Positions 1 to 10,451 of a stretch of DNA of 64,000 nucleotides are shown one piece after another. The stretch is from contig SBGQ01000129.1 of the NCBI GenBank assembly GCA_006226965.1, positions 23,202 to 87,201 of the forward strand. The letters are read 5' to 3'. The stretch comes from a bacterium (GTDB lineage: Bacteria > Bacteroidota > Rhodothermia > Balneolales > M1805). How positions within the stretch are numbered: position 1 is the first letter of the stretch; every line of letters starts with the position of its first letter. The notes under the pieces were generated by a model. It saw only the letters and a program-made list of their open reading frames with translations. It was not told the DNA's origin and made no database searches. The position numbers were made by a program, and so were the translations under genes.

Positions 1-377
<377 letters not shown>

Positions 378-383
378 CTAGAA

Positions 384-1364
384 TTAGTTTTGTTTACACT
401 TTAATTCATAGCTCATTTCGTGCTCTGCGACTGTTTTGAATTGGCCGAAAGCAGCTTGTTCAAACGCTTCACACGCAGCACTTTTATTGCCTTTTAATTT
501 ATATGCGTAACCTAGTTCATACCAAATTTTAGCACGATCAGTCTTACCGCCCTTTTCGAATTGTAAGGCTTTATTAGCGTATTCAATAGCTAAATCGGTA
601 ATAGACTTTTTGTTATACGCTTCAGCTAAGCGGTAATAAACGTTTGCTGACTCATTATCATAATTAATTGCTTTGTTCAACAATTCAATTGCAGAATCGA
701 AACGCTTTGACTCAGTTTGCTTTACAGCTTTTACTAAAAGCATATCACGTGCAGCATCTTCTGCTTCATGAGCAGCAGTTTTGTCATTACTAGCCAAGCC
801 GATTTCAATAGCTTTATCAAAAAACTCTAAAGACTTTTCCATTTCGTCTTTCATTTTATAAACTAGACCTAATTGGTAATAAGCTTTTTCATAATTAGCA
901 TCTAAAGCAATAGCACTTTGGTAGCTTTCAATAGCTTGATCTAATTTTTCTTGCTTTAAAAAGCTGTTTCCCATTGTATAGTGCAATTTTGGAATAACAC
1001 CTTTAGAACGATTTTCAATGTTCTTATCGCCAAATTTTTCAGCTAAAGAAGCTGCTTCAGTAAATGCAACAATTGCACCCGGTACATCTTTTCCCTTGTA
1101 AATAGCACCTGCAATTTTGTATTGAAGTGAAGGAATCTGATCCTGAGCTTTTTTCTTTATCTCATTAGCTTGCTCGCCTACTTTCTCAGAAATACTAATC
1201 ACTTCAAAGAATTTTGATTTGGCTTTATCATTATCACCATCTTTTGCAAACTGATAACCTTCATTAAACGTTTTTACAGCGTCCTCATATGTTTGCGCAA
1301 ATGTTGTTGCAGATACAGTTAATACAAATAAAACTGTAAAAAATATTTTAGTGACAATTTTCAT
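384..1364 (-). CDS. Secreted tetratricopeptide (TPR) repeat protein
   Basis: There is an N-terminal signal peptide (MKIVTKIFFTVLFVLTVSATTFAQ). Repeated A..Y..LG..Y.....A...F..A helical-hairpin motifs run through the sequence. Confidence 0.8.
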   Translation of the reverse strand: MKIVTKIFFTVLFVLTVSATTFAQTYEDAVKTFNEGYQFAKDGDNDKAKSKFFEVISISEKVGEQANEIKKKAQDQIPSLQYKIAGAIYKGKDVPGAIVAFTEAASLAEKFGDKNIENRSKGVIPKLHYTMGNSFLKQEKLDQAIESYQSAIALDANYEKAYYQLGLVYKMKDEMEKSLEFFDKAIEIGLASNDKTAAHEAEDAARDMLLVKAVKQTESKRFDSAIELLNKAINYDNESANVYYRLAEAYNKKSITDLAIEYANKALQFEKGGKTDRAKIWYELGYAYKLKGNKSAACEAFEQAAFGQFKTVAEHEMSYELKCKQN

Positions 1365-1499
1365 AGATACACTTTTGATTATTGGTTAAGACCTGAACGA
1401 GAGTACTTCAAAATTTAGTACATGGTTACTTTGTTTCGGATTTTTCCAAAGCTTTTAAAATAAAAATTGCCAGTCAATATGTAAAACATATTTGAAAAA

Positions 1500-2480
1500 T
1501 TAAGCAGGAATATCAATTGTAAATTTTCCTCTAGGCAATCGCTTGTTAATAATCCAAGGATTATATCTCTTTAAGTCGTAATAGGTTATATCATATTGCT
1601 TTACCCATTCCGGCAAATCCATAATCCCATTTTGAATGGTAATTTTTTTTACATCATCCTTTTTATACATCTCACTTTGCGGCAAATAATATCCATACAG
1701 CTGTGGATTTTCTATGATAACCTTAGCTGCCAATATCCTAAAAACATATCTGGAGGTTTCTGCATTTAGAAATAATTTGTAATAATCATCTGATTTTTGA
1801 TCTTTTATGGTCGATTGCGTACGTGAAAACCCCATGTTGTAAGCTGCAGCCGCAAGTGTCCATGAACCGAATTTATCGTAAGCAGATTTCAAATATTTAG
1901 CAGCGGCACGAGTTGCTTTTTCAGTATGCATTCTCTCATCTATGTATTTATCAACTCTTAAGCGATAATTTTTTGCTGTTCCGGGCATAAACTGCCAAAG
2001 CCCTAACGCACCTTTGGGAGAACGTATGTTAGGAATCAAATCAGACTCAATAACTGATAGATAAATTAAATCTAAAGGCGCTCCCTCTTGCTTCAAATAT
2101 TCCTCTAATTCCGGAAAAATTCTTGGCCCACGTTTTAAGTAAAAAACAACCTGATAATAACGATGAGCTGTTATATACAATTCTTTTTCAAAACGTTCGA
2201 GTACGTCCGGATCATCTAAAGGCACAGGTTCACCGCAAAAATCTAATTTTTCAGGTATAGGCAATATCAAAGGGATGTTTGATAAAGCCGAATTTTGCGC
2301 TGCGATTTCCGGTTGCTTAATTTCTTTAAGGCGTTCTTTAAGCTCTTTTTCTACTCGTTCGTTAAAATATTCGGTGGATTCAATCGGTATTTGAGCCTGA
2401 TTTGATGAAAGTAAGCTTTTGGAAATCAGCCATATAACTAAAATGAGCACACTTCCAATGATATACTTCGAATATCTCAT
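1500..2480 (-). CDS. Lytic transglycosylase (SLT domain) protein, membrane anchored
   Basis: The motifs are LSVIES ... GALGLWQFMPGTA ... AAYNMG (catalytic Glu-Ser, GLxQ and AYNxG). There is an N-terminal TM helix. The gene overlaps the upstream gene by 4 nt. Confidence 0.8.
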   Translation of the reverse strand: MRYSKYIIGSVLILVIWLISKSLLSSNQAQIPIESTEYFNERVEKELKERLKEIKQPEIAAQNSALSNIPLILPIPEKLDFCGEPVPLDDPDVLERFEKELYITAHRYYQVVFYLKRGPRIFPELEEYLKQEGAPLDLIYLSVIESDLIPNIRSPKGALGLWQFMPGTAKNYRLRVDKYIDERMHTEKATRAAAKYLKSAYDKFGSWTLAAAAYNMGFSRTQSTIKDQKSDDYYKLFLNAETSRYVFRILAAKVIIENPQLYGYYLPQSEMYKKDDVKKITIQNGIMDLPEWVKQYDITYYDLKRYNPWIINKRLPRGKFTIDIPA

Positions 2481-3175
2481 ATAAAATTCGGCCTCATTGA
2501 CAAGTCTTCATAAAAACGCTTTAAGTGATTAATGGCGTCGTCTGGATCGTCAGTTACATGGAACAAATCAAAATCCTGCTCTGAAATTGTACCGTTTTCC
2601 AAGAGTGTATTTTTCATCCAATCAACTAAGCCCGACCAAAAATGTGTTCCCATAAGAATTACAGGTATGGGTTTTATTTTTTTTGTTTGTACTAATGTTA
2701 ATGCTTCAAATACTTCGTCTAAAGTCCCAAAACCGCCCGGGAATACGACAAAACCTTGCGCATATTTAACAAACATCACTTTACGAGCAAAAAAGTAATC
2801 GAATCTAAAGTGATATAAAGGATCAACATATGGATTGGGGCGTTCTTCAAATGGCAGAGTAATACATAAGCCAACTGATTTTCCGTGAGCATCTTTTGCA
2901 CCTCTGTTACCGGCTTCCATTATTCCTGGGCCACCTCCGGTAATCACACCAAAACCTGCTTCAGCTAACTTTTTTGAAGTAACTCGGGCTAATTCATAGT
3001 ATTCTGAACCATCTTTTAATCGAGCACTTCCGAAAACAGAAACACACGGCCCGATTTTATACAACCTATCATACCCTTCTACAAACTCGCTCATAATTTT
3101 AAAAACACGCCAAATGTCTTTTTCAAAATTACCCTCGTAGTTTAATCTTGGGATAGAATCGTTAAATGGTTCCAT
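2477..3175 (-). CDS. LOG family / TIGR00730 Rossmann-fold nucleotide-binding protein
   Basis: It carries the family signatures GGGPGIMEA and PGGFGTLDE. Confidence 0.85.
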   Translation of the reverse strand: MEPFNDSIPRLNYEGNFEKDIWRVFKIMSEFVEGYDRLYKIGPCVSVFGSARLKDGSEYYELARVTSKKLAEAGFGVITGGGPGIMEAGNRGAKDAHGKSVGLCITLPFEERPNPYVDPLYHFRFDYFFARKVMFVKYAQGFVVFPGGFGTLDEVFEALTLVQTKKIKPIPVILMGTHFWSGLVDWMKNTLLENGTISEQDFDLFHVTDDPDDAINHLKRFYEDLSMRPNFI

Positions 3176-3184
3176 AAACCTCTT

Positions 3185-3886
3185 TTAAAATGTTACAGTT
3201 AAGTTAAAACCTGTCGCTTTATCGTATAGTACAGGACTCATGCGTAACGACAAATTATCTGACACATCAAAATCTCTTAATTGTGCGAAAATATAAGCAT
3301 CAACCACATTCAGTCCATAAGTCAACATAAAAATGATTAGCATAAAATCACGCTCATTCCTGTAATAATTCCTGTAACTGAGTAATGCGGATTGTGGAAA
3401 TGTTGCTAATCGAGATGGCGTGGCACCAAACTTTTGATCAGCATAATTTGGATTAGTTGACGCAAAAGAGTTGTAATAAGCCGCTCTGAAATCTTTGTAT
3501 TGCCCGTCAAGCCAATAAACGTAATAGCCAACACCTGCTAAAGCCGAATAAATAATGGGGATTTTCCACCACTGTTTGTTTGTAGTTTGTCCCCAACCCG
3601 GCAAAATAAGTGATTGAAGCATAACAGACTTTGGCTTCGGCACGGTATCTATTTTCGTTTCGGATTCAGGCAGCCAATTATATTTTACTGCCGGATGGGC
3701 AACATTCACTTGCGCATGGAAAGAAAATGAGTTTGAAACAGGCTTGTTGTTTAATAACAACTCTGTTTCTTCCGTGAAATACTGAGCTTTAAGCTCAATA
3801 TTTTGAATTAGAATGAAAAGAATGATTAAATACGAATACTTAATCGCTGATTGCTTCGAATAATTGTAATAAGCGCTCAAGTTCAT
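3185..3886 (-). CDS. DUF5683-like membrane protein
   Basis: The motif LILPGWGQTTNKQWWKIPIIYSALAGVGYYVYW is present. The position directly downstream of parB is typical of Bacteroidota. I place the start at the internal Met (cat 3884-3886) rather than at the ORF-track start 3925. The start is uncertain and overlaps the parB 3' end. Confidence 0.6.
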   Translation of the reverse strand: MNLSAYYNYSKQSAIKYSYLIILFILIQNIELKAQYFTEETELLLNNKPVSNSFSFHAQVNVAHPAVKYNWLPESETKIDTVPKPKSVMLQSLILPGWGQTTNKQWWKIPIIYSALAGVGYYVYWLDGQYKDFRAAYYNSFASTNPNYADQKFGATPSRLATFPQSALLSYRNYYRNERDFMLIIFMLTYGLNVVDAYIFAQLRDFDVSDNLSLRMSPVLYDKATGFNLTVTF

Positions 3887-4763
3887 CCTGTGAGTAATAT
3901 TCGATTCGAATTTCACCACCCTCATTCTTTCTTTTCAACTCAACTTTCGTACTTAGTTTTGAACGTAAACGTTTCGAAATAGCTTCTAAATGAATAGAAT
4001 ACTCATCTTTTCCGGGCTTAGCTTTCGATTTGCTTTTAGAACCGGCTTCCTGCAACTTCCGAACGGCGTCTTCCATTTGGCGAACAGAAAAATCTTCTTC
4101 AATTGCTTTAGCTAATAAAAGTTGTTGAGCTTTTTCATCATCTAAACTGAGCAATGAACGAGCATGACCTGTAGAAATTTTCCCCTGTTTTAAAGCCGCT
4201 TGAATAAATGCAGGTAAATTCAATAACCGAAGCATATTGGTAACCGTTGAACGGTTTTTACCAACTTTCTTAGCAACTTCTTCTTGTGTTAAGCTACATT
4301 CATCAATAAGTTGTTGATAACCAAGTGCAACTTCTATCGCATTTAAATCTTCACGCTGAACATTTTCAATTAAAGCAAGTGCGATGGAATCATTATCACT
4401 TACTTCTCTCACATAAGCAGGAATAGTTTCCTGCCCTGCCATTTTAGAAGCTCGTAAACGACGCTCACCGGAAATTAGCTCAAATCTACTTGAGCCTAAA
4501 TGCCTAACTGTAATCGGCTGAATCAATCCGTGTTGCTGAATGGAATCACTAAGTTCTTGCAAGCGTAATTCATCAAACTCTTTACGCGGCTGATTGGGGT
4601 TGGCACGAATATGCTGTACAGGAATATGAATAATCGTATTTACAGGATCTTTTGTATCAATGAATGGATTTTTAACCTCATTCCCTGTGTTTGTTTCAGT
4701 CTCATCATTCATGTTCGGGAAATACGCTCCCAAACCTCTTCCTAAAGCTTGACGTTTAGACAT
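3840..4763 (-). CDS. parB: Chromosome partitioning protein ParB/Spo0J
   Basis: It has the ParB box motifs (NPNQPRKEFDE, LIQPITVR, ELISGERRLRAS) and an HTH (LTQEEVAKKVGKNRSTVTNMLRLL). Confidence 0.9.
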   Translation of the reverse strand: MSKRQALGRGLGAYFPNMNDETETNTGNEVKNPFIDTKDPVNTIIHIPVQHIRANPNQPRKEFDELRLQELSDSIQQHGLIQPITVRHLGSSRFELISGERRLRASKMAGQETIPAYVREVSDNDSIALALIENVQREDLNAIEVALGYQQLIDECSLTQEEVAKKVGKNRSTVTNMLRLLNLPAFIQAALKQGKISTGHARSLLSLDDEKAQQLLLAKAIEEDFSVRQMEDAVRKLQEAGSKSKSKAKPGKDEYSIHLEAISKRLRSKLSTKVELKRKNEGGEIRIEYYSQDELERLLQLFEAISD

Positions 4764-4766
4764 GCA

Positions 4767-5573
4767 TTACTCCGGCTCAGTCACGAATAACGGACTGTTT
4801 TTAAAACGTTTTCTATTCTTTTTGATGATTTCTTTAGCGAGTGATAAATAGTTCTGAGATCCGGTAGAAATTGCATCATATAAAAGTACCGGCTTTCCAA
4901 AACTTGGCGCTTCTGCTAAACGAACATTTCTGGCAATAACTGATTCGAATACTTTATCCTCGAAATACAATTTTACCTCATGAGCAACCTGATTTGAAAG
5001 TCGAGTTCTGTTATCATACATCGTTAACAACACACCTTCTATTTCAAGTCCGGTGTTTAAATGTTGTCTTACAATTTTAATTGTATTTAAAAGCTGACTT
5101 AATCCTTCTAAAGCAAAATATTCACACTGAACCGGAATAAGTACAGAATCTGAAGCAGTTAACGAGTTAATGGTTAAAAGACCTAAAGATGGCGGACAAT
5201 CTATTATTATAAAATCGTATTGATCTCTAACGGCTTCAATCGCTTGTTTTAAAATCTTTTCTCTGCCTGCTCTATCAATCATTTCAATCTCGGCACCAAC
5301 AAGATTGATATGAGCCGGAATTAAATCCAAATATGGCATTTCTGTTTTTAATTTAACCTCGTCGACAGATACTCCGCCAACTAAAACCTCATATATAGAG
5401 CCTGTAATGGTTTTGATATCAAACCCAATTCCTGAACTCGAATTAGACTGAGGATCGGTATCAATGAGCAATGTAGGATGCTCTAAAGCGGCTAAACTAG
5501 CAGCTAAATTTATTGCGGTAGTTGTTTTTCCTACACCACCTTTTTGATTCGCAATTGCAATGACTTTGCCCAT
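4767..5573 (-). CDS. parA: Chromosome partitioning ATPase ParA/Soj
   Basis: It has the deviant Walker A KGGVGKTT. It has a typical Soj length and lies immediately upstream of parB. Confidence 0.9.
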   Translation of the reverse strand: MGKVIAIANQKGGVGKTTTAINLAASLAALEHPTLLIDTDPQSNSSSGIGFDIKTITGSIYEVLVGGVSVDEVKLKTEMPYLDLIPAHINLVGAEIEMIDRAGREKILKQAIEAVRDQYDFIIIDCPPSLGLLTINSLTASDSVLIPVQCEYFALEGLSQLLNTIKIVRQHLNTGLEIEGVLLTMYDNRTRLSNQVAHEVKLYFEDKVFESVIARNVRLAEAPSFGKPVLLYDAISTGSQNYLSLAKEIIKKNRKRFKNSPLFVTEPE

Positions 5574-5648
5574 GTTCTCACTGGTTAAATGTTAGACGGC
5601 AAATATACATTCTTGTGTTTGGTATCACAAATGAAGCAAATAGTTTTT

Positions 5649-6659
5649 TCATTTCACTAAAGTGACCTTATTTACACGTAAACTGTTATTTTGATTGAGC
5701 ATAATCACATAAACACCTGATGCTAATGAGCTTGCATCCCATTTCAGTTTATATTCATTATCCTTAATTGTATCCACGTTAAAACCAGCGACTTGCAAAC
5801 CGATAGCTGAATAGATTTTAACACTAGCTGTACCTGTTTGTATTGATCTAAATTGAATAATCGTTTCCGGATTAAACGGATTTGGATATGCTTTAATAGC
5901 ATAAACTTGTGGCGTTGTATCTATTAAATCATGAATAGAAGTCACTTCCTTTTCTGTGCCAATACGCTCATATTCTAAATATGCATTCATTCCGCCAATT
6001 ATACTCGGCGATTGCCAAAACTCACTATGGCGATAACGAATCGAATCAACAGTAATGGTATCTATTCTAATTGTTCGCTGGTAAATAGCATTATATAATT
6101 CAGGTGAAGAGGAAAATACCGGAGAAACTGATTCAAGTGAATCGTTGTCGTTTTCGTAATTGATTCCAATCCACAGGTTTTCGTTTTTAAAACCGCTTGT
6201 ATCCGTAAAAGCGAATGAAACCCATTTTATTTGTTCAGCACTCACTGAAACATCAACTAAAGCAGAAACTCGCTTAAATGCTTTAGTTTGAAAATGAAAA
6301 GTAGTATCAACTTTATCCCAAATATATGCTCTGATTTTAGCACTATATAATTCGTGAGAGGTATCGGTTCTTCCTCCATAAAACGGAACTTTTAAAGAAA
6401 AAACGGCAATAGAATCAGAACTAATTGCACTCAACGGATATGATAATGTCAGATTTCTGCCAAATTGATATCCATAATAATAAGGTGCATTTCCGTTTGA
6501 AAACTGTAACGAATCAGTAATAGAAGCATTCTGAGACGGGGTCGATTTAGTAATCGGTACTACCACTTGTGTTTGCGCAAATACAGGAACGGCAAACATC
6601 GTTAGCAAACATAGGAATAAAAGCGAGTGTATCATTTTTTGCATACAAAAATGATACAC
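5649..6659 (-). CDS. Secreted protein with T9SS-type C-terminal sorting domain
   Basis: There is a signal peptide ending VPVFAQ. The C-terminal ~80 aa read YPNPFNPETIIQF...GVYVIMLNQNN...KVTLVK, typical of a Por/T9SS CTD. The true start is probably an internal Met (MQKMIHS...). Confidence 0.65.
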   Translation of the reverse strand: MYHFCMQKMIHSLLFLCLLTMFAVPVFAQTQVVVPITKSTPSQNASITDSLQFSNGNAPYYYGYQFGRNLTLSYPLSAISSDSIAVFSLKVPFYGGRTDTSHELYSAKIRAYIWDKVDTTFHFQTKAFKRVSALVDVSVSAEQIKWVSFAFTDTSGFKNENLWIGINYENDNDSLESVSPVFSSSPELYNAIYQRTIRIDTITVDSIRYRHSEFWQSPSIIGGMNAYLEYERIGTEKEVTSIHDLIDTTPQVYAIKAYPNPFNPETIIQFRSIQTGTASVKIYSAIGLQVAGFNVDTIKDNEYKLKWDASSLASGVYVIMLNQNNSLRVNKVTLVK

Positions 6660-6693
6660 GTTGGCATTTCAAGATTCAAGTAAAAATCCCGGT

Positions 6694-7251
6694 TTATTTA
6701 CGGGTTCTTGTTAGTAACAAATCGTCTGAATAAGGTGCTCCAATTACGGGTTCATCAATTAAGCGAAGCTTTTTCGCATTTTTTAAAGCTAAAGAATCGG
6801 CTTTTGTTTGAGCGGCAACATTATAAGCTTCAATACTTATAACGTCTTTTTTATCCTGCCATGTGGATGCAACATCTTTTTGAGGCTGCAAAGAAATTAC
6901 TTTAGCATGTGAGTTCTCTGATTGCGGCGATTGATTTAACACCCATCCAAATGAAAATGCCAAGCCAATTCCTGCAACCATGGCTGCATATCTGATGGAT
7001 GGCATGGCAAACCATTGAATGACTTTACCTTTTCTGGCGTTATTTCTGGCAATTGCTTTTACAGATTTAGTAAGATGCTCAGGAGTTTTTAACACCGGAA
7101 CAGACTTTATTTGCCCCAATGTTTTCCTCATCATTTCAACCTCGATTATGAGATTGGGGTCCGTCTTGAGCTGCTCTTCAAAAGCAAATCTTTCTGACGG
7201 ATCCATCTCATTCATCAAAAATTTAACACATAAATCTTCAACGGCTTGCAT
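6694..7251 (-). CDS. Putative anti-sigma factor (single-pass membrane protein)
   Basis: It overlaps the 3' end of the upstream ECF sigma gene by 14 nt. It has a short cytoplasmic N-domain followed by one TM helix (AAMVAGIGLAFSFGWVL). The call rests on context. Confidence 0.5.
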   Translation of the reverse strand: MQAVEDLCVKFLMNEMDPSERFAFEEQLKTDPNLIIEVEMMRKTLGQIKSVPVLKTPEHLTKSVKAIARNNARKGKVIQWFAMPSIRYAAMVAGIGLAFSFGWVLNQSPQSENSHAKVISLQPQKDVASTWQDKKDVISIEAYNVAAQTKADSLALKNAKKLRLIDEPVIGAPYSDDLLLTRTRK

Positions 7252-7873
7252 ACTTCATATCACCTTGCTGTTCTTTATCAAACATTTTTCTAAGATTAAT
7301 TAATGCATAACGCATTCTACCCAAAGCTGTGTTTATTGAAACACCGGTAATATCAGCGATTTCTTTGAAAGACATATCATAATAATGGCGCATTAACACC
7401 ACTTGTTTTTGTTCTTCCGGTAAATTGGCAATGTGTTTTAACAAACTTGTTTTAGTTTGGTCATTTGCCATTTGGTCATCGGCTGAGATAATACCTTCAT
7501 CAGGTAAGCGCTCGTAAAAGTCCGTTCCATCATTTTCATCAACATGAGCATTTACATCTACAAAACGACGATGTTTACGAATATGGTCAATCGTAGCATT
7601 ATGAGCAATTCGCATCACCCAAGCAATAAATTTACCTTGTTCATTGTATGTTTCGTCTAATTTGGCAACAACTTTCGTAAATGTCTCCTGAAAAATATCA
7701 GCAGCCACATCCGGATTTGTAACCATACTATAAATGTAAGAATAGACCTTATCCTGATAACGAGACAGGATTTGGTTAAACGCAAGTTCATCACCTTTTT
7801 GTTGATACATTTGTACCAATTGATGATCGTCTAAGTCGTTATAGTTGATTTTAGTATGTTGAAACAGTTTCAT
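7238..7873 (-). CDS. RNA polymerase ECF-type sigma-70 factor
   Basis: The region 2 motifs are FQETFTKV and AWVMRIAHNATIDHIRK. The region 4 HTH is SFKEIADITGVSINTALGRMRYA. Confidence 0.85.
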   Translation of the reverse strand: MKLFQHTKINYNDLDDHQLVQMYQQKGDELAFNQILSRYQDKVYSYIYSMVTNPDVAADIFQETFTKVVAKLDETYNEQGKFIAWVMRIAHNATIDHIRKHRRFVDVNAHVDENDGTDFYERLPDEGIISADDQMANDQTKTSLLKHIANLPEEQKQVVLMRHYYDMSFKEIADITGVSINTALGRMRYALINLRKMFDKEQQGDMKYASR

Positions 7874-8224
7874 AGTGCCACCTAACGTTTAGATGTTAAT
7901 CATAGTATGCGATTACCGCAAGTCGTGATATTTTTTTTCAAAAACGAATCGGTCTGACTCGTTAGCCTCTTGCCGCCCTTTCTGATGTGTAGTCAATAAA
8001 GGTTCTCACAATATCTACGAGCAACATACTATCAGATTGTTTGGCTATCCATAGCATTTTGATGCTAGAATGATTCGTTTTTTATCACATTATAATGTTA
8101 GCATCATGTTGATTTGATTGAAATCGCTGTTTTGATGTCAAACTTCACGAATTCCTGCGCATATTTTTTAAGTCTATTCCTTTTTTGTTCTGATACTTCT
8201 TTCAATTCAAACTATTTTTGAAGC

Positions 8225-8929
8225 ATGCCACAACTCCCAACACTCTCCTTTATTGACGAATACCAATCCATTGGAGTCCTATATGAAGACAATCATATAT
8301 TGGTAATCCATAAACCCAGAAATATTCCCGTTCAGAGCGATGATTCCGGAGATGAGTCCATCCAAACTCTTTTGCAGAGTTATTTGAAAGAGAAATACCA
8401 AAAACCGGGAAATGTTTTTTTAGGAATCGTACATCGATTAGATCGTCCGGTAAGCGGAATTATGGTGTTTGCAAAAACTTCGAAAGCTGCATCGAGATTG
8501 AGTGAGCAGTTTAGACTTGGGAAAATCACCAAAAACTACTGGGCAATCGTTCAAGGAAAAACAGAAATGGCAAAAACATTGAACGATTTTCTCAAAAAGG
8601 ACTCGAAAACTAATACAGTTTCTGTGTCGAACTCAAAAGATCAAGAAGCGAAAAAAGCTACACTCCATTTCAAAAAAATCTCCGAATCTGATGGTAAATC
8701 TTTACTGGAAATAGACTTGGAAACCGGTCGTCCTCATCAAATCAGGGTTCAACTTTCACATTTGGGGAATCCCATAATCGGTGATGCTAAGTACGGTAAA
8801 TCGAAAGGAAGAAGCGATGAAATCGAACTAAAATCCATTCGAATTGGCTTCGAGCACCCGACAACTAAAGAAGCTTTACTTTTCGAAGGACTCATTCCTG
8901 ATTCTGCGAATTGGTTAGTTTTTCACTAA
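8225..8929 (+). CDS. RluA-family pseudouridine synthase
   Basis: It has the catalytic motif HRLDRPVSG and the C-terminal motif GRPHQIRVQL. Confidence 0.85.
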   Translation: MPQLPTLSFIDEYQSIGVLYEDNHILVIHKPRNIPVQSDDSGDESIQTLLQSYLKEKYQKPGNVFLGIVHRLDRPVSGIMVFAKTSKAASRLSEQFRLGKITKNYWAIVQGKTEMAKTLNDFLKKDSKTNTVSVSNSKDQEAKKATLHFKKISESDGKSLLEIDLETGRPHQIRVQLSHLGNPIIGDAKYGKSKGRSDEIELKSIRIGFEHPTTKEALLFEGLIPDSANWLVFH

Positions 8930-9328
8930 TTGAAACCTCGCAAAAGGTGTCATTCGAGCTTTATTCAAGGAGAGTACACTATCCTTTATTGAATAATTAT
9001 CCACCTTTTGAAGCATTTCCAGAAAACGAGATTCCATTTCCATATCAAGACAAGCTCGTTTGGTTGAGGCTAATTGAGAAAGCTCTATTCTATTCCCTTC
9101 TCCTGTTTTATAACTGCCACGAAAAGTATTACAGCCGGAAAAACCGAAAACCGAATTTTCTGTTACTGAAAATTCTATGGTGATTTTCTTGTCTTTTATC
9201 TCAAATGAATTTCCCATGAATTCAGTTAGCTCCCATTTTCCTGCTTCAATACTCAGCTCTTTTGGGGGCATTCCTGAACAAGAAACAAAGAAAATTATAC
9301 ATGTAATCAGATTCAAAAAACTTGTCAT
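8915..9328 (-). CDS. META-domain (HslJ-like) lipoprotein
   Basis: It has a lipobox-like N-terminus (IFFVSCSG) and the META-type motif GFSGCNTFRGSY...TKRAC. Confidence 0.7.
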   Translation of the reverse strand: MTSFLNLITCIIFFVSCSGMPPKELSIEAGKWELTEFMGNSFEIKDKKITIEFSVTENSVFGFSGCNTFRGSYKTGEGNRIELSQLASTKRACLDMEMESRFLEMLQKVDNYSIKDSVLSLNKARMTPFARFQLVKN

Positions 9329-9333
9329 GTTAT

Positions 9334-10344
9334 CTATTTATTAATTTCTTTAAGCCAATTTCTCATATGCCTGTATGCTTCCAAACGAACAGGGAGTTTC
9401 GAAAGTATCACATCATGAATCGCATCTTTAACTTCTATTTTTGTCACGTGATCTCCCAAAACAGATGAATATTTGTCAATGTCTTTCACATCCAGAACGC
9501 CATCACCTGTAAAAAAATCGTTTGTCCAAACTTCTGAATAAACACTTTTATCAGAGTGGAGTACTAAGATTGGTTTCGAAATATGTAAACCGGACTGAAC
9601 TCTTTCATGCCCTAAGTGAATGGCTCGAACCCAACCTAAATTCGGGTTCACGGCATAAATAGGTTTCCAATCAGTATTAAATTCCCACTCGCCTTTGAAA
9701 TCTTTGTGAATGCTTTTTCCATATAAGTCTAAATCTTTTTTTACCAGAACTTTATCCGGATAATAATCTCCTAAAAATGAACCAACCGGAACAGAAACGG
9801 CTTCTTCAAATCCTGATAAATTCATATCAAAAAACGGGCTGTTTAACATGATACTTTGAATAAGATGTTGCTCAGGATGATCTTCTGCATACAAAGAGAC
9901 GATGAGTCCGCCGGTTGAATGCCCCACAAATACCACCGATTTAATGCTATCTCTTTTTATTTGGGCGAATGCAGAATCTATATCAGCATAGTATTCTTGT
10001 ATATCTCTCACATTGGTAAGTTTTTGGTGAGAAAGGTACGCCCTACCGTATTTTCGCAAATCTACCGCGTAAAAATGATATCCCCAGTTAACTACTGTAT
10101 CGGCAAGTTCTTTTTGAAAAAAATAGTCGTTAAAACCATGTACATATAGAACAGCTTGACTGATTGCACTATCAGGATTTTGTTTTCGAATTATTGCTGA
10201 AACAACTTCCCCTTCGTAATCATCTTTTTGCTTAACTATCCGAAATTCAAACCCATCACCCAAATAATCATTTTGCCAGTTTTGAGCTTGGATTGAACCC
10301 GATATAAAAACCAAAACCGCGAGAACTAAATACTTCATAAACAA
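9334..10344 (-). CDS. Secreted alpha/beta hydrolase (lysophospholipase-like)
   Basis: There is a signal peptide. The oxyanion region is HGFNDY and the nucleophile elbow is GHSTGG. Confidence 0.75.
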   Translation of the reverse strand: MFMKYLVLAVLVFISGSIQAQNWQNDYLGDGFEFRIVKQKDDYEGEVVSAIIRKQNPDSAISQAVLYVHGFNDYFFQKELADTVVNWGYHFYAVDLRKYGRAYLSHQKLTNVRDIQEYYADIDSAFAQIKRDSIKSVVFVGHSTGGLIVSLYAEDHPEQHLIQSIMLNSPFFDMNLSGFEEAVSVPVGSFLGDYYPDKVLVKKDLDLYGKSIHKDFKGEWEFNTDWKPIYAVNPNLGWVRAIHLGHERVQSGLHISKPILVLHSDKSVYSEVWTNDFFTGDGVLDVKDIDKYSSVLGDHVTKIEVKDAIHDVILSKLPVRLEAYRHMRNWLKEINK

Positions 10345-10420
10345 CCTTTTAAAATCTTATATGATGAAAAGTAGCTGAAAGTCGCATGAATTCGAAGCAA
10401 AAATCTAACTTATACAAAAA

Positions 10421-10451
10421 CAAAAAAGCCCGAATAGTTCGGGCTTTTTTT
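10421..10451 (-). terminator. Rho-independent terminator after the sigma factor gene
   Basis: The stem is agcccgaa (10427-10434) paired with ttcgggct (10438-10445), with a 3-nt loop. A-runs and T-runs flank both sides, abutting the stop codon at 10450-10452. Confidence 0.7.

Noticed and set aside
2532-2798. An antisense 88-aa ORF inside the LOG-family gene. Similar antisense ORFs occur at 7019-7303, 8911-9183, 9919-10149, 11205-11451, 12036-12245, 13012-13197, 20045-20350, 22250-22519, 52235-52717, 53339-53542, 54591-54917, 56817-57122 and 61260-62624.
   Set aside because: Each is fully embedded opposite a gene with strong family motifs. None shows a recognisable motif, signal or ribosome-binding site.
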